NCBI GenBank assembly: GCA_964016885.1
Contig: OZ024742.1
Location: forward strand, 286,750,001-286,814,000
Direction: 5' to 3'
DNA from: Eledone cirrhosa
Lineage: Eukaryota
DNA length: 64,000 bases
The notes under the pieces were generated by a model that had not been told where the DNA came from, made no database searches, and saw only the letters and a program-made list of their open reading frames with translations. Both the position numbers and the translations under genes were made by a program. Of the stretch, positions 26,290-40,330 are shown one piece after another. The number at the start of each line of letters is the position of its first letter. Position 1 is the stretch's first letter.

Positions 26290-26690
26290 AGCCGCGTGGC
26301 TTAGTGGTTGGAGTGTTCCAATCACGATCGTAAGTCGTGATTTCGCTCCATGACGGTGCGTTGTGTTCTTAAACAAGACACTTTATTTCACATTGCTTCA
26401 GTCCATTGTGTCCTTAAGGAAGACACTTTATTTCACGTTGCTCCAGTCCACTGTGTCCTTGAGCAAGACACTTTATTTCATGTTGCTCCAGTCCACTGTG
26501 TCCTTGAGCAAGACACTTTATTTCACGTTGCTCCAGTCCACTGTGTCCTTGGGCAAGACACTTTATTTCACGTTGCTACAGTCTACTCGGCTCGAGAAAA
26601 AAAAGTTTTACCTGTAATTAAAAGCGCCTAACGTGTCACACACTATGTCATTCTGAATCTTCCTGACAACTACGTTAAGGTTCTACATAC
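26290..26690 (+). mobile_element. SINE family B with 5 diverged tandem 45-bp units
   Basis: GCGTGGCTTAGTGG A-box; units at 26361-26585; tail GTCACACACTATGTCATTCTGAATCTTCCTGA matches the 12860 copy. Confidence 0.85.
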
Positions 26691-26703
26691 AAGCGGCAAA
26701 ATA

Positions 26704-26950
26704 GATCTTCGGAGTAACATTACTCGATAGAGTGCGTAGCTCGTAGATCAGAAAATAACTCTTGGTAGAGTCACTACTTCTCCGAATTGAGAAATCACAA
26801 CTCTAATATTACGGACATGAGGTTAGAATGACTCAGGAAAGAATCACTGGACAAAATTTTCGGGCAAAACCAACTGACAGGAGATCCAGAGGTAGACCAC
26901 GAGCAAGATGGTTGGATAACATCCATGAGCTTAGCTATTCTCTTTCCGGG
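26704..26950 (+). mobile_element. Decayed RTE-clade LINE fragment (RT C-terminus)
   Basis: Translates as IFGVTLLDRVRSS*IRK*LLVESLLLRIEKSQL*YYGHEVRMTQER...RSRGRPRARWLDNI, the typical RTE C-terminal motif, with three stops. Confidence 0.8.
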
Positions 26951-27235
26951 TGGCTTTACCTGTAAAACTTGTATTTGACGGGTGGTTTCAACATAGCAAC
27001 ATTTATCCAAACACAGATACTAGCACCTTTGTATAGGGACTTCACAGCATAGAAAACAATAAAACCCGAGGAAAGAAAATCTTGAAAGGGTTCACTCCCA
27101 TTAAAAAACTGAAAATAGAAAATGACCAAATGTAAAGGACTTGCCAGGGTTGATAAAGATTGAAAGTATTATACAATATCTTACTTTACATAGCAACAAA
27201 AAAAAAGAACAATGTCATGTGGCGAGGGAGGGGGT

Positions 27236-27685
27236 ATAATAATGGTTTCTGATTTAGGCAGAAGGCCAGCAATTTTGGGGGAACGGGAAAGTTTGTTATA
27301 GCCCAGTGCGTCACTGGTACTTTATTTTATCGACCCTGCAAGGATGAAAGGCAAAGTTAACCTCGGCAGGATTTAAAATGAGAACGTAAAGGGTCGTAAT
27401 GGGGGTCAATCATAATAATGATTTCTACTTTAGGCACCAGGCCAGTAATTTGAAGGGGCGGGAAAAGTCGATTAAATCGATCCAGTGCATTACTGGTACT
27501 TTATTTTATCGACCTCGTAAGGATGAAAGGCGAAGCTAACCTTTGTGGGATTTGAACTTAGTACATAAAGGGACGTATCTCGGGGTGGGTGGGTGGGTGT
27601 CAATCATAATAATTGTTTCTACTTTTGGCACAAGGCCAGCAATTACCTAGTACATTACTGGTACTTTATTTTATCGACCCGATAA
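27236..27685 (-). mobile_element. Three tandem 5'-truncated SINE family A copies
   Basis: CTGGTACTTTATTTTATCGACC repeated three times, units separated by G-run + CAATCATAATAAT. Confidence 0.8.
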
Positions 27686-28611
27686 TAATAGCAGTTAAAT
27701 TGTGTTTAAAATCTGTGACATAGCAATAACTATCAACGCTTGGGGAAATTTTTTAGCGCCTTTATTTTAAGGTTACGAAAAGATTGAACAGAACCTCCTA
27801 GCTTCCCTTGCTTCACAATTTTGTTGGCCTTCCATATTTGAATTATTTTGTTTTATTTTATTTTATTTCATTTTTTTTTAATTAAATTTTTTTTTAATTA
27901 ATTTTTTATTTTATATTCACTTATCTTTGTCTATCTTGTTCTTTGTTTCTCAACTGTAAGAAGTACTAGATACTTCCCTTAGTCTGCCATGGATTACTAA
28001 CTCTATACGGACGTATAAATAAATAAATATTTAAATAAATAAATAACAGGCACGGCGGCAGACAACAGAAAATATGTGTAGGCGTTTATACCTGTCTCTG
28101 GGGAGGGGGGGGGGGGGTCTCCGGAGACGACTAACTTCACTTACACAACTTTGCTACGCCCTTGATAGGAAACTCTTATAAAATGTATGCCACTCAGTGC
28201 TTATGTAATGCTACTATGCATTTATAAGCTGGTCTTTGAAGTGAATAAGGTTTTGATATCTGAGCTTCGTCATAGCAAGATTTCCAACCTCATTGCGGGC
28301 GCTGCATGGCTGAATGTTTTAGAAGTTAACTTCATATTCCCGCGTTTCATCCCACTGCATGGCATCTTGGGTTGTAAGTATCATTTACCATAGCCTCGAG
28401 CCGACCCATGGCTTGTGAATTAAATTGCGCCGACAGAAACTGTTTCTAAGTCCGTCGGATTAACTATATTTGTAATTTAAAAGCCAACCTTGTCACACAC
28501 TGAATCTTCCTAATGCTATACGTGTCTGTGGAATGCTCTGTTCCTTGCATTTTAAGTTCACGAGCAGGATGTTCCGTTTATCAAACAAGAGTAAATCACT
28601 AATCCGGTCAC

Positions 28612-28910
28612 CAGGCTGGATTTAATGGGGAGCAAAAGGAGTAATTGTTCCGGAACCCATGCAGTGGTGTGGGGCACCAGCGACGGCCGTAACAATTTAT
28701 TTGTGCCCTCAGCTGGGCTTATTAGTTTTAGGGTGGTTAGAAATTTTGAATTTAACACCTGTTTCTATAACTTTTCAATTCAAATTACTTGCGCCAAGTT
28801 AACTTTGATATGTAAAATTCGGGGATTTGATGTGTATTCTAATATTTTATGTATGAGGTACCCCACAAACCTGAAGTGCCTCGGGCCCCCAAGGTCTAAA
28901 TCCAATCTTG
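28612..28910. mobile_element. hAT-like MITE (299 bp) with 8-bp TSD
   Basis: TIRs CAGGCTGGATTTA / TAAATCCAATCTTG; flanks CCGGTCAC and CCAGTCAC (7/8 identical). Confidence 0.7.
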
Positions 28911-28969
28911 CCAGTCACTATATACTGTTTTCTTTACCAGGAACGATGAATATATAATTTTGAATATAT

Positions 28970-29362
28970 AATTTTTTCTACCATAGGCACAAATCCACAA
29001 ATTTCGGAGAAAGGGAAAATCGATTAAATCGACCTTAGTAATTGACTGGTACTTTATTTTATCGACTTCAGAAAGTTGGCCTCGGCGGAATTTGAACTCA
29101 AAATGTAGAAAGCTACATGAGGAGTTACGGGTCCATATATGCATAATGGTTTCTGATTTAGGCACAAGGCCAGCAATTTTGTGGGGAGGGGAAAGTCGAT
29201 TAAATCAACCCCAGTGCATTACTGGTGCTTTATTTTATCGATCCTGTAAGGAATAAAGGCAAATCTAACCACGGCGGGATCTGGTCTTCGGACTATATGC
29301 CGCAACTATATGCCGCAAAGCATGTTATCTGACGCTCTACCAATTCTGTCAATCCACCGCCC
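28970..29362 (-). mobile_element. Two tandem SINE family A copies
   Basis: Reverse complement of head (AATCCACCGCC), central domain and tail. Confidence 0.8.
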
Positions 29363-29631
29363 TTTCTCACCGCGCAATCTCACAGGTCCCGATATAAACA
29401 TAATGATGTAAACTTGGATCACCCGGAAATCGAACTACTGTATCTCTCCCTCTCTCTTTCTCTCTCTTCTCTCTCTCTCTCTCCTTCTCTATCAATCTAT
29501 ATATCTCCTCTATCTCTTTTCTCTCTCTTCTCTCTCTCCTCGCTCTCCTCTTCTCTCTCCTCGCTCTCCCCTTCTCTCTCTCGCTTCTTCTCTATCTGTT
29601 GATTTTCGTTCTCTCTCTATCTCTATCTATC

Positions 29632-32600
29632 CGCAGAGAAACTGTTCTAAAAACAGTAATTTTTAGGACGGTTTCAAATGTGTCGAAAAAACCAGTTCAG
29701 TTATCACAAAACGATATTGAACTGGTTCTGAAGAATTCCATGAAGGATATTGCCTTCATCCAAAAGGGGAAACTTTTTGGAAGCATTTCGGTGTTGTTGA
29801 AAGACCAATTGACAGCACAAAAATATTCTGTATCGCCGATTGTGTCCCCCCTTTACACCTTTTTCCCCACATATATGGGAAAAAGAACTAAAAAAATAAA
29901 AATTTTGAACATTGTACCAAATGTAAACGTCTGGTGGATTCTAACTGGCTTCATCGATTTCGATGAAGACACCATCATTTCGGTGGGAAAGTCCTCCAGA
30001 GGCACATTCAATGGTACAAGCATGGAAGTTCTGGTCCAAATGAGGCCAGAACGGATAGCTAAAATACCCCAACGTGTGCCTCTGGATGGAATTTCACACA
30101 TAAACATTTCTGTTGAGGGTAGGCGGCCTTCATGTTACCACTGTTTAAGCAGTGGTCACCTGAAGGCTTACTGTCCTCAGTTAACTAAAAAAAAAAAAGA
30201 GGCACTACTGCCAACTCCCAAAACAACAACACAACCACCACCACCACCACCACAACAACAACAACAACACGCAAACACAACCAAAACAAGAACAACAAAC
30301 CAACCTGCAAGCACAGTCCCGCCCAACCCCACTCTACCTAAAACCACTGCAAAAACACCCACAAACACAACAACTCCCCAAAACACACCCCTTCCAAATA
30401 ACACAGACACCACAACGGACGAAGCCCCCACATCATCACCAAGTGATGATGAGGGAGAGCCTCTCCGTTCGAAAAGACACCACAAGAACAAAAAAACAAC
30501 AAACATCACTACAAACATACAACCACCAACACAAACATTACAAACAAAAACCCCCCGTCCCGAAAACAAAACCACGACATCACTCCAAACACAAACACCT
30601 ACAACAAAACGAAAGCTCCCACAAGAACAACAGACAAAAACCACCGCAACACAACAATAACATTACATATACATAAACAGTAAAAACAAAACTTTAATGG
30701 AGGTCATCTCCAACGACCCTTCGGTTTTCACCGAAGGGAAAACTTTTTCGAACTGTGTAGACAAACCTAATTTAAAGATGATTAGGGTCCCTACGGACAC
30801 CTATAAGTCTTTAAAGGAAAACTTTCCTAAGGACGTGGGTAATCCTTGTGTTAAACCCATTAACCGCATCCTTTTAAAAAGTTTCCCCCACCCTCACCCC
30901 AGACACCCCCACCCCACCAAACATCTCCGTCCCCACCCCACCGGAAACCACCACCCACCCAGACAACTCCTCTAACACCCCCATGGAAACCGTGCGGCCT
31001 GATCCCCGGGAGACGAAGAGGTGAGTGTTTTCTTCTCCTCTTTTAACTTTTCAGAACCAACATGGCCAATATAAGAGTTGGGTGTGTGAATGTACGCGGC
31101 CTGGGAATGCCCTGGAAACAGGGCACACTCTTAAACGACCTCAGGTCGCACAGTATGGATGTAGTAGCCATTTGCAAGTCCAGGATCCACAGCGAGCGAC
31201 AGCTGGCCCCCATCTTCGATGACTTTGAGATCTACGCATCTCTCTGTCAGCCGGGGGGTGGGGGCGGGGTTGCCGTTTTGCTGCGGAAACACCTGGGCCT
31301 CGTAACACAGACGGTACATCTGGACCCGGAGGGTCGACTGGTGGTCCTAGACGTTGACGGTAGTGAAGGTGGAGCCTTCAGGCTGGTGGCCGCATATGCC
31401 CCATCTGGGATACCGCGGCCAGACTTCTTCAAACGTCTAGAGACTTTTCTGGGAACGTCCCGCTCCTTGCTTTTAGTGGGGGACTGGAATGGAATCCTAG
31501 ATACACGTTGGAACTATGTGGGAGCATGTCCCGATAAAGGGGGGGGTGTAACATCCTCAAACAGTTAATCGGCCGATTTGACCTGGCCGATAGATATCGA
31601 CTAGATTTACCGACTGTGCCACTGTGGACGTGGACTAATCGCAGCGGAACATCTAGATCGTACCTAGATAGGGTTCTAGTTAGAAATAAGGATAGGGACA
31701 TGTTAAGCTGTCCACAAATGTTCATGGTTGCCTATTCAGATCACAAACTAGTGACCTGCATGTTCAACCTTGATAGAACCCATAGACAAGGACCCGGCTA
31801 CTGGAAGCTGAACTTGTCGTTACCGACATGCAAAGCCTACAGTAGACGGATTAGCACTTTAGTTAAACATCACTTGACAGGGGCCATTGTCAACAACAGA
31901 TGGTGGTACTCTCTCAAAAGGGCAGTTAGATTAGACTCGTTAGTTTTTAGTAAAGAATTAACGTTAGATAGAAATAGAACCGAGAAAGAACTGGAAGATA
32001 AAGTAGAAGAGGCAATTAGAAGTGGCAACGTAGCCAGCGTGCTAGCAACGAGAACGGCCTTGGACCAGTTCTTCGACGCAAAGCATGAGGGCTGCGTTGT
32101 CAGAAGCAAAATACGTGCTCTGGGAAACGAGGGAGCCAAAGCTGTTAGCTGGGCCCGAGTGATGGAGGCAAAACGTGGCAACAAGTTCACGATTCGGTCT
32201 TTGAAGGACCAAAACGGACGCGTGATACGTGAGCCGAAGCAGATGTGTGCAGCCTTTCAGCAGCACTTTGCTCAGCTGTTCGGGCAGGGCGGCGCGCCGG
32301 GAGGGGCTATGGATTTCGGTCCATACCTCGACGGCCTACCGCGACTCTCGGACAGCGAGGCAAAGTTCTGCGAAAAGCCGATTTCAGCCGCTGAGATAGG
32401 GGACGCGTTGAGCCAATGCGGCAAACGCAAATCTCCAGGTCTCAAAGGTCTACCCTACGAATTTTACGTAACAATGCCGGACTTATTCTCCGGTCTCCTG
32501 GAAGCGGTCTACTGCAACTGGCAACAGAACGGGAGAATTCCCAGTTCTGTGACCGGGGGCGTAGTCACACTAGTCAGGAAGGACGAGAATAAGGGGGATG

Positions 32601-34203
32601 ACATAGGCAACTTCCGGCCCATAACTCTGCTCAACACAGAGTTACAGATTTTGGCCAAGGTGTTGGCAAAGAGGTTGGCACTTGTCGTCGGGAACCTGGT
32701 GGGAGAAGCGCAGACATGCGCAATCCCGACCAGGTCCATACACGACAACCTCCACCTCATGCAATACATCATAGAGAGGGTAGGGTGTAAACCCGGCTTC
32801 GGTGGGGCCCTGATCAACTTGGATCAGTCTAAGGCTTTCGGTAGGGTTGACCATCGTTACATGGATACGGTGCTCAAGGCGGCAGGCTTCTGACCCGTGT
32901 TCAGGGGCTGGATGCTTCAATGCATAACAGCAACATCTGCTCAAGGGTTAAGGTGAACGGCTAGCTCTCGGAGCCGTTCCATATCACGCGATCCATTCGA
33001 CAGGGATGCCCTCTCTCCTCCCTTCTGTACGTATTGACTCTCGAGCCACTACTGCGGAAGTTGGAGCTATTGCAGGGCATCCCTCTGGAACCGGGACTGC
33101 GGAAAGCGGCATCGGCCTACGCCGACGACGTAACAGTAATGGTGTCGAGCGCCTCGCAAATCGAGGAAGTCGGCAACTTACTGAAGGAATACGAAAATTT
33201 CACAGAAGCGAAGCTGAACCGGGACAAGTCCATCGGTTTGCAACTCGGATCGTGGAGAGGCAAACTGATGGCTTCCGATGGCGTCGTCGGACGCTGGACG
33301 GAAGGACCAGTAAAGCTGCTCGGGGTCTGGTTTGGTCCGGACCTCCAGGTGGAGAAGAACTGGAACGAGGTGTCGGCCAAGGTGTTTGCATTCACCCAGA
33401 AGTGGGCCGAGTGCAAACTATCCTTGAAAGGTCGAGCGGAGGTGGCGAACACTTTTATAGCGTCCGCCATCTACTACAAGCTCTACAGACATGGGCGCCC
33501 GGGCAGGGACCCTGCAAAAAAGATCTGTCCGAGGTGCGTGCGAGACGAAGAAACCGTCGCGCACGCATTCATACACTGCCCGGGCGTCACCGACCTGTGG
33601 GGCTATGTAGAACGACTATTGTCGCGGGTGGGACCAATCCGGTTGACCACCGAGTCCATTGTCATGATCAAACCGCCACCCTCCTTCAAAAACGAAGGAG
33701 AGGCGATTTTCCTTTGTGTGATAACTAGTGCGAAAGAGGTTGTATGGTGGACAAGGTTGAAAGGGCTGAGGTCAGACACCTTTCTCTTCGGCCAACAACT
33801 GATTCTTTTTTTCAAATACCACTTTGGAAGAAAAATCAGGATGGAGAGAGAGGTGCTGTACCCCAGCAAGTTTTATAAAAGGTGGGTGAAAGTGGCGAGA
33901 ATGGCCCGATTGAATGGGCCTTCTCTCTATATCAGCCTGTAAGTTGAGGAAAAAGAGGAGGAGAGGTAAGGAGTACAAACTCTTCGTACTCCTGGAGATG
34001 AGGGTTGCACATTTTTTTTCGGGGGTATGTGTTACCCATATGAAATGTCTCCCCCTATTGGGGAAAATCGACTAATTTTTAAATTACATTTGTGGTAATA
34101 TTTTACACGTTTTTATTGTATGTAAACTTCCCCCTTTGTATTTGACCCCTTCTTTTGTGCCCCTGTGGCTAATAAAGAAACATATCTATCTATCTATCTA
34201 TCT
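29632..34203 (+). mobile_element. Tx1/L1-clade LINE, copy 2 (5'-truncated, internally deleted, complete 3' end)
   Basis: ORF1 from 29632 with CYHCLSSGHLKAYC; ORF2 31062-33942 with APE, RT (YADD) and CPRC...H...C finger; stops and frameshifts; AATAAA at 34171 then (TATC)n; TC-rich flanks on both sides. Confidence 0.95.
31062..33942 (+). pseudogene. Tx1 ORF2, disrupted
   Basis: ORF pieces 31062-31568, 31616-32893 and 33034-33942 colinear with copy 1 ORF2. Confidence 0.9.
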
Positions 34204-34829
34204 CTCTATCCATCTCCCCTCTGTCTTTTCTCTCTCCTCTCCCTCTTTTATCTCTCTTCTCTCTCTCCTCTCTCTCCTGTTCTCTCTCTCCTTCTCTATC
34301 TATTGATCTCCCCTCTCTCTCTCTTCTCTCTCTACCCTCTCTCTCGTCTCTTTCCTCTCTTTCTCTCTCTCTCTCTTTCTTCTCTCTCCCTCTCTATCTA
34401 TTTATCTATCTATCCCCCCTCCTCTCTCTCTCTCTGTCTTCTCCGGAAACGTGGTGTTTGCTGTCCCTCCCCACACGTACACACACAAAAAAAAAAACAA
34501 TCCGCCATCTAAAACAAACAAAATACCAAACAAAAAAAAATATCAAAAGGCGGAGGCGAGCTTCCATTTTGTCTTATAACAACAAAATGGCCTACTTTTG
34601 GCTGTGAAGTAAACTGAATAATTATTCCATCAAAGCATGTGGAACTTTAAGACAAATGCTGTATAAATTCCAGGAATATTTTCGTAGGCAAACTTTTGTC
34701 TCAGCTTTGTTAGTGTTTTGAATACATAGTTAATATAGTGAAGTACAACACACAAACTACATAAATATACACATGGACGTCACACATGCGTTCACAATGA
34801 TGTGGTGCCAAACCGACATATATAAACAT

Positions 34830-35960
<1,131 letters not shown>

Positions 35961-36239
35961 GTGTGTGAGCATCTTTGTGAAAAGCATTATAAATCTGTGT
36001 TCGATACGATAGCTGGTGATGTCTTAGAAAGATTGGTTTTGATTTGTTTTGCTTGTTAACACGCAACTGTCGTTATTGGTATGGTCCCGTAACCCCTGGG
36101 GAGTTGTAAAGGCACCGTAGAGGCATACGACGTTTCCTGGACGTTTTAAAACCTGGCGGAGTCTTCCCCCTCTCTAGGTCTGAAGACAGCAGAGTTTTTT
36201 CCCAGAGAATGATAGATAGATATATAGATAGAGAGGGGG

Positions 36240-36270
<31 letters not shown>

Positions 36271-36336
36271 TAAAATAACATATTAAAGTTTAAGCAAAGA
36301 ATTGCTGCTTTCACCCTTAACGGGATCTTCTGAAAC

Positions 36337-36370
<34 letters not shown>

Positions 36371-37354
36371 ATAATATATATATAGATAGAGAGAGGGGGA
36401 GAGAGAGGTGGCTGCAAATGAGAACAGAGAGCAGGGAGCCGGAACGAAGACCGCAAAGCATTTCTATCTGACGTTCTATCCAAAGTTCTAACGACTCTAC
36501 CAATTGGTCGATGAAATAAAATACCAGTAATGCACTAGAGTCGATTTAATCAACTTTCCTCTTCCCCTCAAATTCGTGGTTTTCTGCGTATGTTAGAAAA
36601 AAATATTAATTCAAGATGAAGGCGTCGTTCCTGGCGCAGAAAAAGCTTATAGTGGCCGGATTAGTGAACTGGTTAATATGTGTGTGTGTGTGCGGGATAA
36701 GGGTTGTCAGCAACTTGTGGTGGGGCTCTCTGAAGAATATCATTAGAGTAGAAATGATAGGGTTTAGTAAAAAAAATAGCAAAAGAAAACAATAGATTAG
36801 AGGTGGTTGTTGAGTCAGTAGACGAAAAAGAAGCGATTAGAACAGGTATGGAAAATAGTGCGCAACCATTTTGTTCAGCTCGATACACGAACGGTGCGTT
36901 GTCAGATCTAACGTACGTGATCTTGGACACGATGGGAAGAAAGCTGAGATGGAAGAGGTACAAAGGTGCAAACAAGGTCACAATTCCGTTTACCATACAC
37001 TCTAATGAACGCTTGTTATTATTCAATTCCATGTAGATGTGTGCCATATTCCAGCAGTTCTTTGCTGTCTGGTTTCTGGTAGAGGTGGACAGTTACAGGG
37101 CTGTCATATTGAGTTACAAGTAATGATTCGTGCTCAATATGGCACGTCACTAATTTTTTTATTTTAATTTGGGCTGTTTTCTACTTAAAAAATTTTAATT
37201 ACCAAATGTAAGAATCCTATTGAATACTATATTAGATTATCAACTAAGTAAATTAGATCTGGAAATGATCGATTAAATCAAGGCGGTGTCCTAGCATGGT
37301 TGCAGTCTACCTACTAAGTAAAAAGGAGCATACATTTATGAAGTATTATATATA

Positions 37355-37828
37355 CTAGCAGAAAAACCACCCTCGGGTGGTTGACTGCTAGCATGTGTAG
37401 TGTGTATGTTGATATTATACGCAAGTATATATGCATGTAGATATGATACATCAAATAAAATCGTAATTGACAATATACACAGAAATTGAACGAAGACTGC
37501 GTTACACTCTCTTATGTAATCAGTAACGTAATCCATGATTCATTAAAAAACAGATATTATATATAAACTGCATTAGGAGAAAATTAGTGACAGAAATATA
37601 TGAATATTTATTTAAACGATCGCTAACCGGAAGTGTTGACATTTGAACATTTTAAAGAAGTGAATCTTTAAATAAGTAATAAAATATATTTAATGAATAG
37701 TCACGAAATTTAGTAGATAAATTATGTAATATTCATTCATTATTTATTCAAAGTAATCCAACTTATTTTACTAAGGGGATAAAAAATTATAAACCGTACT
37801 CAGTCCCGCGCTCCTTACTTTATTATAG
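37355..37828 (-). mobile_element. Possible non-autonomous Helitron remnant
   Basis: A|CTAG followed by hairpin AACCACC-CTCG-GGTGGTT; far end TTTATTATAG only loosely resembles a Helitron 5' end. Confidence 0.4.
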
Positions 37829-38266
37829 TTTTGGTCGCCAGAGAAACGATTGTAATATGTCTAATAAATCTTATTCGTCGCACCACTGATTCTCCGTTTC
37901 TTATGTGATATATATATATATATGCATGTAATAACTACATGTATACATGTGCAGATACAAACCATATACATACACATGCACACATATAATTCAAAATATC
38001 CACAATCACACATGCAATAACATACATACCTGCACACACATGCATGCATACCTATTTGATGTTGTTTAAATTCCAGTGAGAGAGTCTTGTGTCTATGTTA
38101 GAAACCGACTCTCTCTTTTTGGGGAAAAATTTATAAAATTATAAGACCAAAAGCACATTCACACACACGTACACGCGCGCACATGCGTGTGTGTGTGTAT
38201 TTGTTAATGAGGTGGGTGAAATATTATGGTAAGTGTAGGGTGGCTGTCTTCAGATGAAAGGATTAA

Positions 38267-38470
38267 AAATGGTTTCTGATTTGCGCACAAGGGCAACAAT
38301 TTTAGGGGAGGGGAAAGTCAATTAAATCGAAACCAGTGCGTTACTAGTACTTTATTTTGCCGACCATGTAAGGATGAAAGGCAAAGCTTAACCACGGCGG
38401 TGTTTGAACTTAGAACATAAAGGGCCGTAACTCTTTACTGCAAACCATATTGTCCGACGTCCTACCGTTA
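38267..38470 (-). mobile_element. SINE family A
   Basis: Reverse complement of tail, central domain and B-box. Confidence 0.8.
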
Positions 38471-39391
38471 CTACTGTTAAATAGTGACTTTCTTTATATT
38501 TATTATAAAGTCAAATGGTTTACGTGCAAACTGCTTGATTTACAATGTTGTCAAAATGATTGAGACACGCTGTTGCCGTGTGGTCTTGGAACAACTGCTT
38601 AGATAGACGGGAGGAATGGCCTGTATGAATGATATGAGAAGAGGGGATAGGGAAGAGGAGGAGGAGGAGGAGGAGAAATACACACAGAGAAGAAGAGAAA
38701 GACAGACAGATTTTTTTAAATTGAAGGAAAATGAGAGAGGAGAGAAAGATAGTGATGTAAAGAGAGAAAGATAGTGATGTAAAGGGATGGAGAGGGAGAT
38801 GAGGGAGAGAGAGAGTTGAAATAAGGGTGTAAAAAATAGCATTCATGAGAATTGGAGAACGACCTACATTTGAAGGGATGTAGTAAGGATTAGAATTAAT
38901 GATAAGGAATAGAGAGAGGGGAGAGAGGGGAGAGAGGGAAGAAGAGAGAGACAGAGAGAGAGAGTGTGTGAAGGAGAAAGAGGCGTAGACAAAGAGAGAG
39001 GGGGAGAGAGGGGCCAGACAAAGAGAGACGGAGAGGTTAAGAAGGAGAAAGAGAGAGGAACAGAGAGAAAGGGGGAGAGAGACAGAAACAGTGAAGGGCA
39101 GACGGAGAGGGTGAGAGAAAGGGGGAGGGGGCAGAGTGAGTGAAAACAGAGAGAGAAGCAGAGAGAGAGATAGGTAGTGTGAGTGAAAGACAAAGACAGA
39201 GAGAGAGAGAGAGAGAGAGAGACAAAGACAGACAGACAGGTAGACAGACAGAGAGACAGGCAGACATACATCAGTGAGGGAGGGTAGAGGATAAGGCGCG
39301 AAATGATGAATAGAAATTTTCAGTGAAGCAGCCGACAGCTGTCGAGTTCAACAGAATCGTGTGTTGATATGATGTATGTTACAGATGATAG

Positions 39392-39512
<121 letters not shown>

Positions 39513-40097
39513 TTATGGGTCTGTGTGTGTGTGTATGTGTCTATTGTGTCACTGTATATGTCAGTTTGTATGGGTCTGTGTATATGTCACTATATGTTTT
39601 CATGTATGTCTTGTCTGTGTGTATGTGAATGTATGTCTGTGTGTATGTCTGCGCGTATGTATGTCTGTGTGTATGTCTCCGTATGTATGTCTGTGTCTAT
39701 TATGTGTATGTATGTCTGTGTGTATGTGTATGTATGTATGTGTATATCTGTGTGTGTGTATGTATGTATGTATATATGTATGTATCTGTGTGTATGTGTC
39801 ACTATATGTCTGTGTCTATGTGCTTGCGTGTATGTGTCTGTATATGTGTATATGTCACTGCATGTCTGCTTGTATGGGTCTGTATGTGTGTATGTATATG
39901 TATGTGCTACTGTATATGTCTGTATGTATATGTCTATGTATGTGTCTGTGTGCTCATTGTGGACGTGATATTTGTCACAGATGAAGTGATTGATGTGTAT
40001 TTGTGCATGTATGTATCTATGTGTGCGTTTGTTTCCCTGTATGTTTCTGTATTGATGCCTGTATGATATTGTGTGTGCATAATATTTTTATATAATA

Positions 40098-40201
40098 CTA
40101 GCTGAGGTACCCGGCTTCGCCCGGGAGAATGGCTAAGAGAAGACGGATAAAAGAGGGAACGACTGTTTTGGATGTGTTGTCTGGTATTAGGTGAGACCGT
40201 A

Positions 40202-40300
<99 letters not shown>

Positions 40301-40330
40301 ACAAAAAAACTATCACAAATCTTCCTTATT
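40098..40330 (-). mobile_element. Helitron 3' terminus / short non-autonomous Helitron
   Basis: Reverse complement CCCGG-GCGAAG-CCGGG hairpin, 8-nt spacer, CTAG|T; internal (GT)n; 5' end uncertain. Confidence 0.6.

Noticed and set aside
29600-34215. Exact target-site duplication for Tx1 copy 2
   Set aside because: Both flanks are degenerate TC/TATC repeats, so no unique TSD can be delimited
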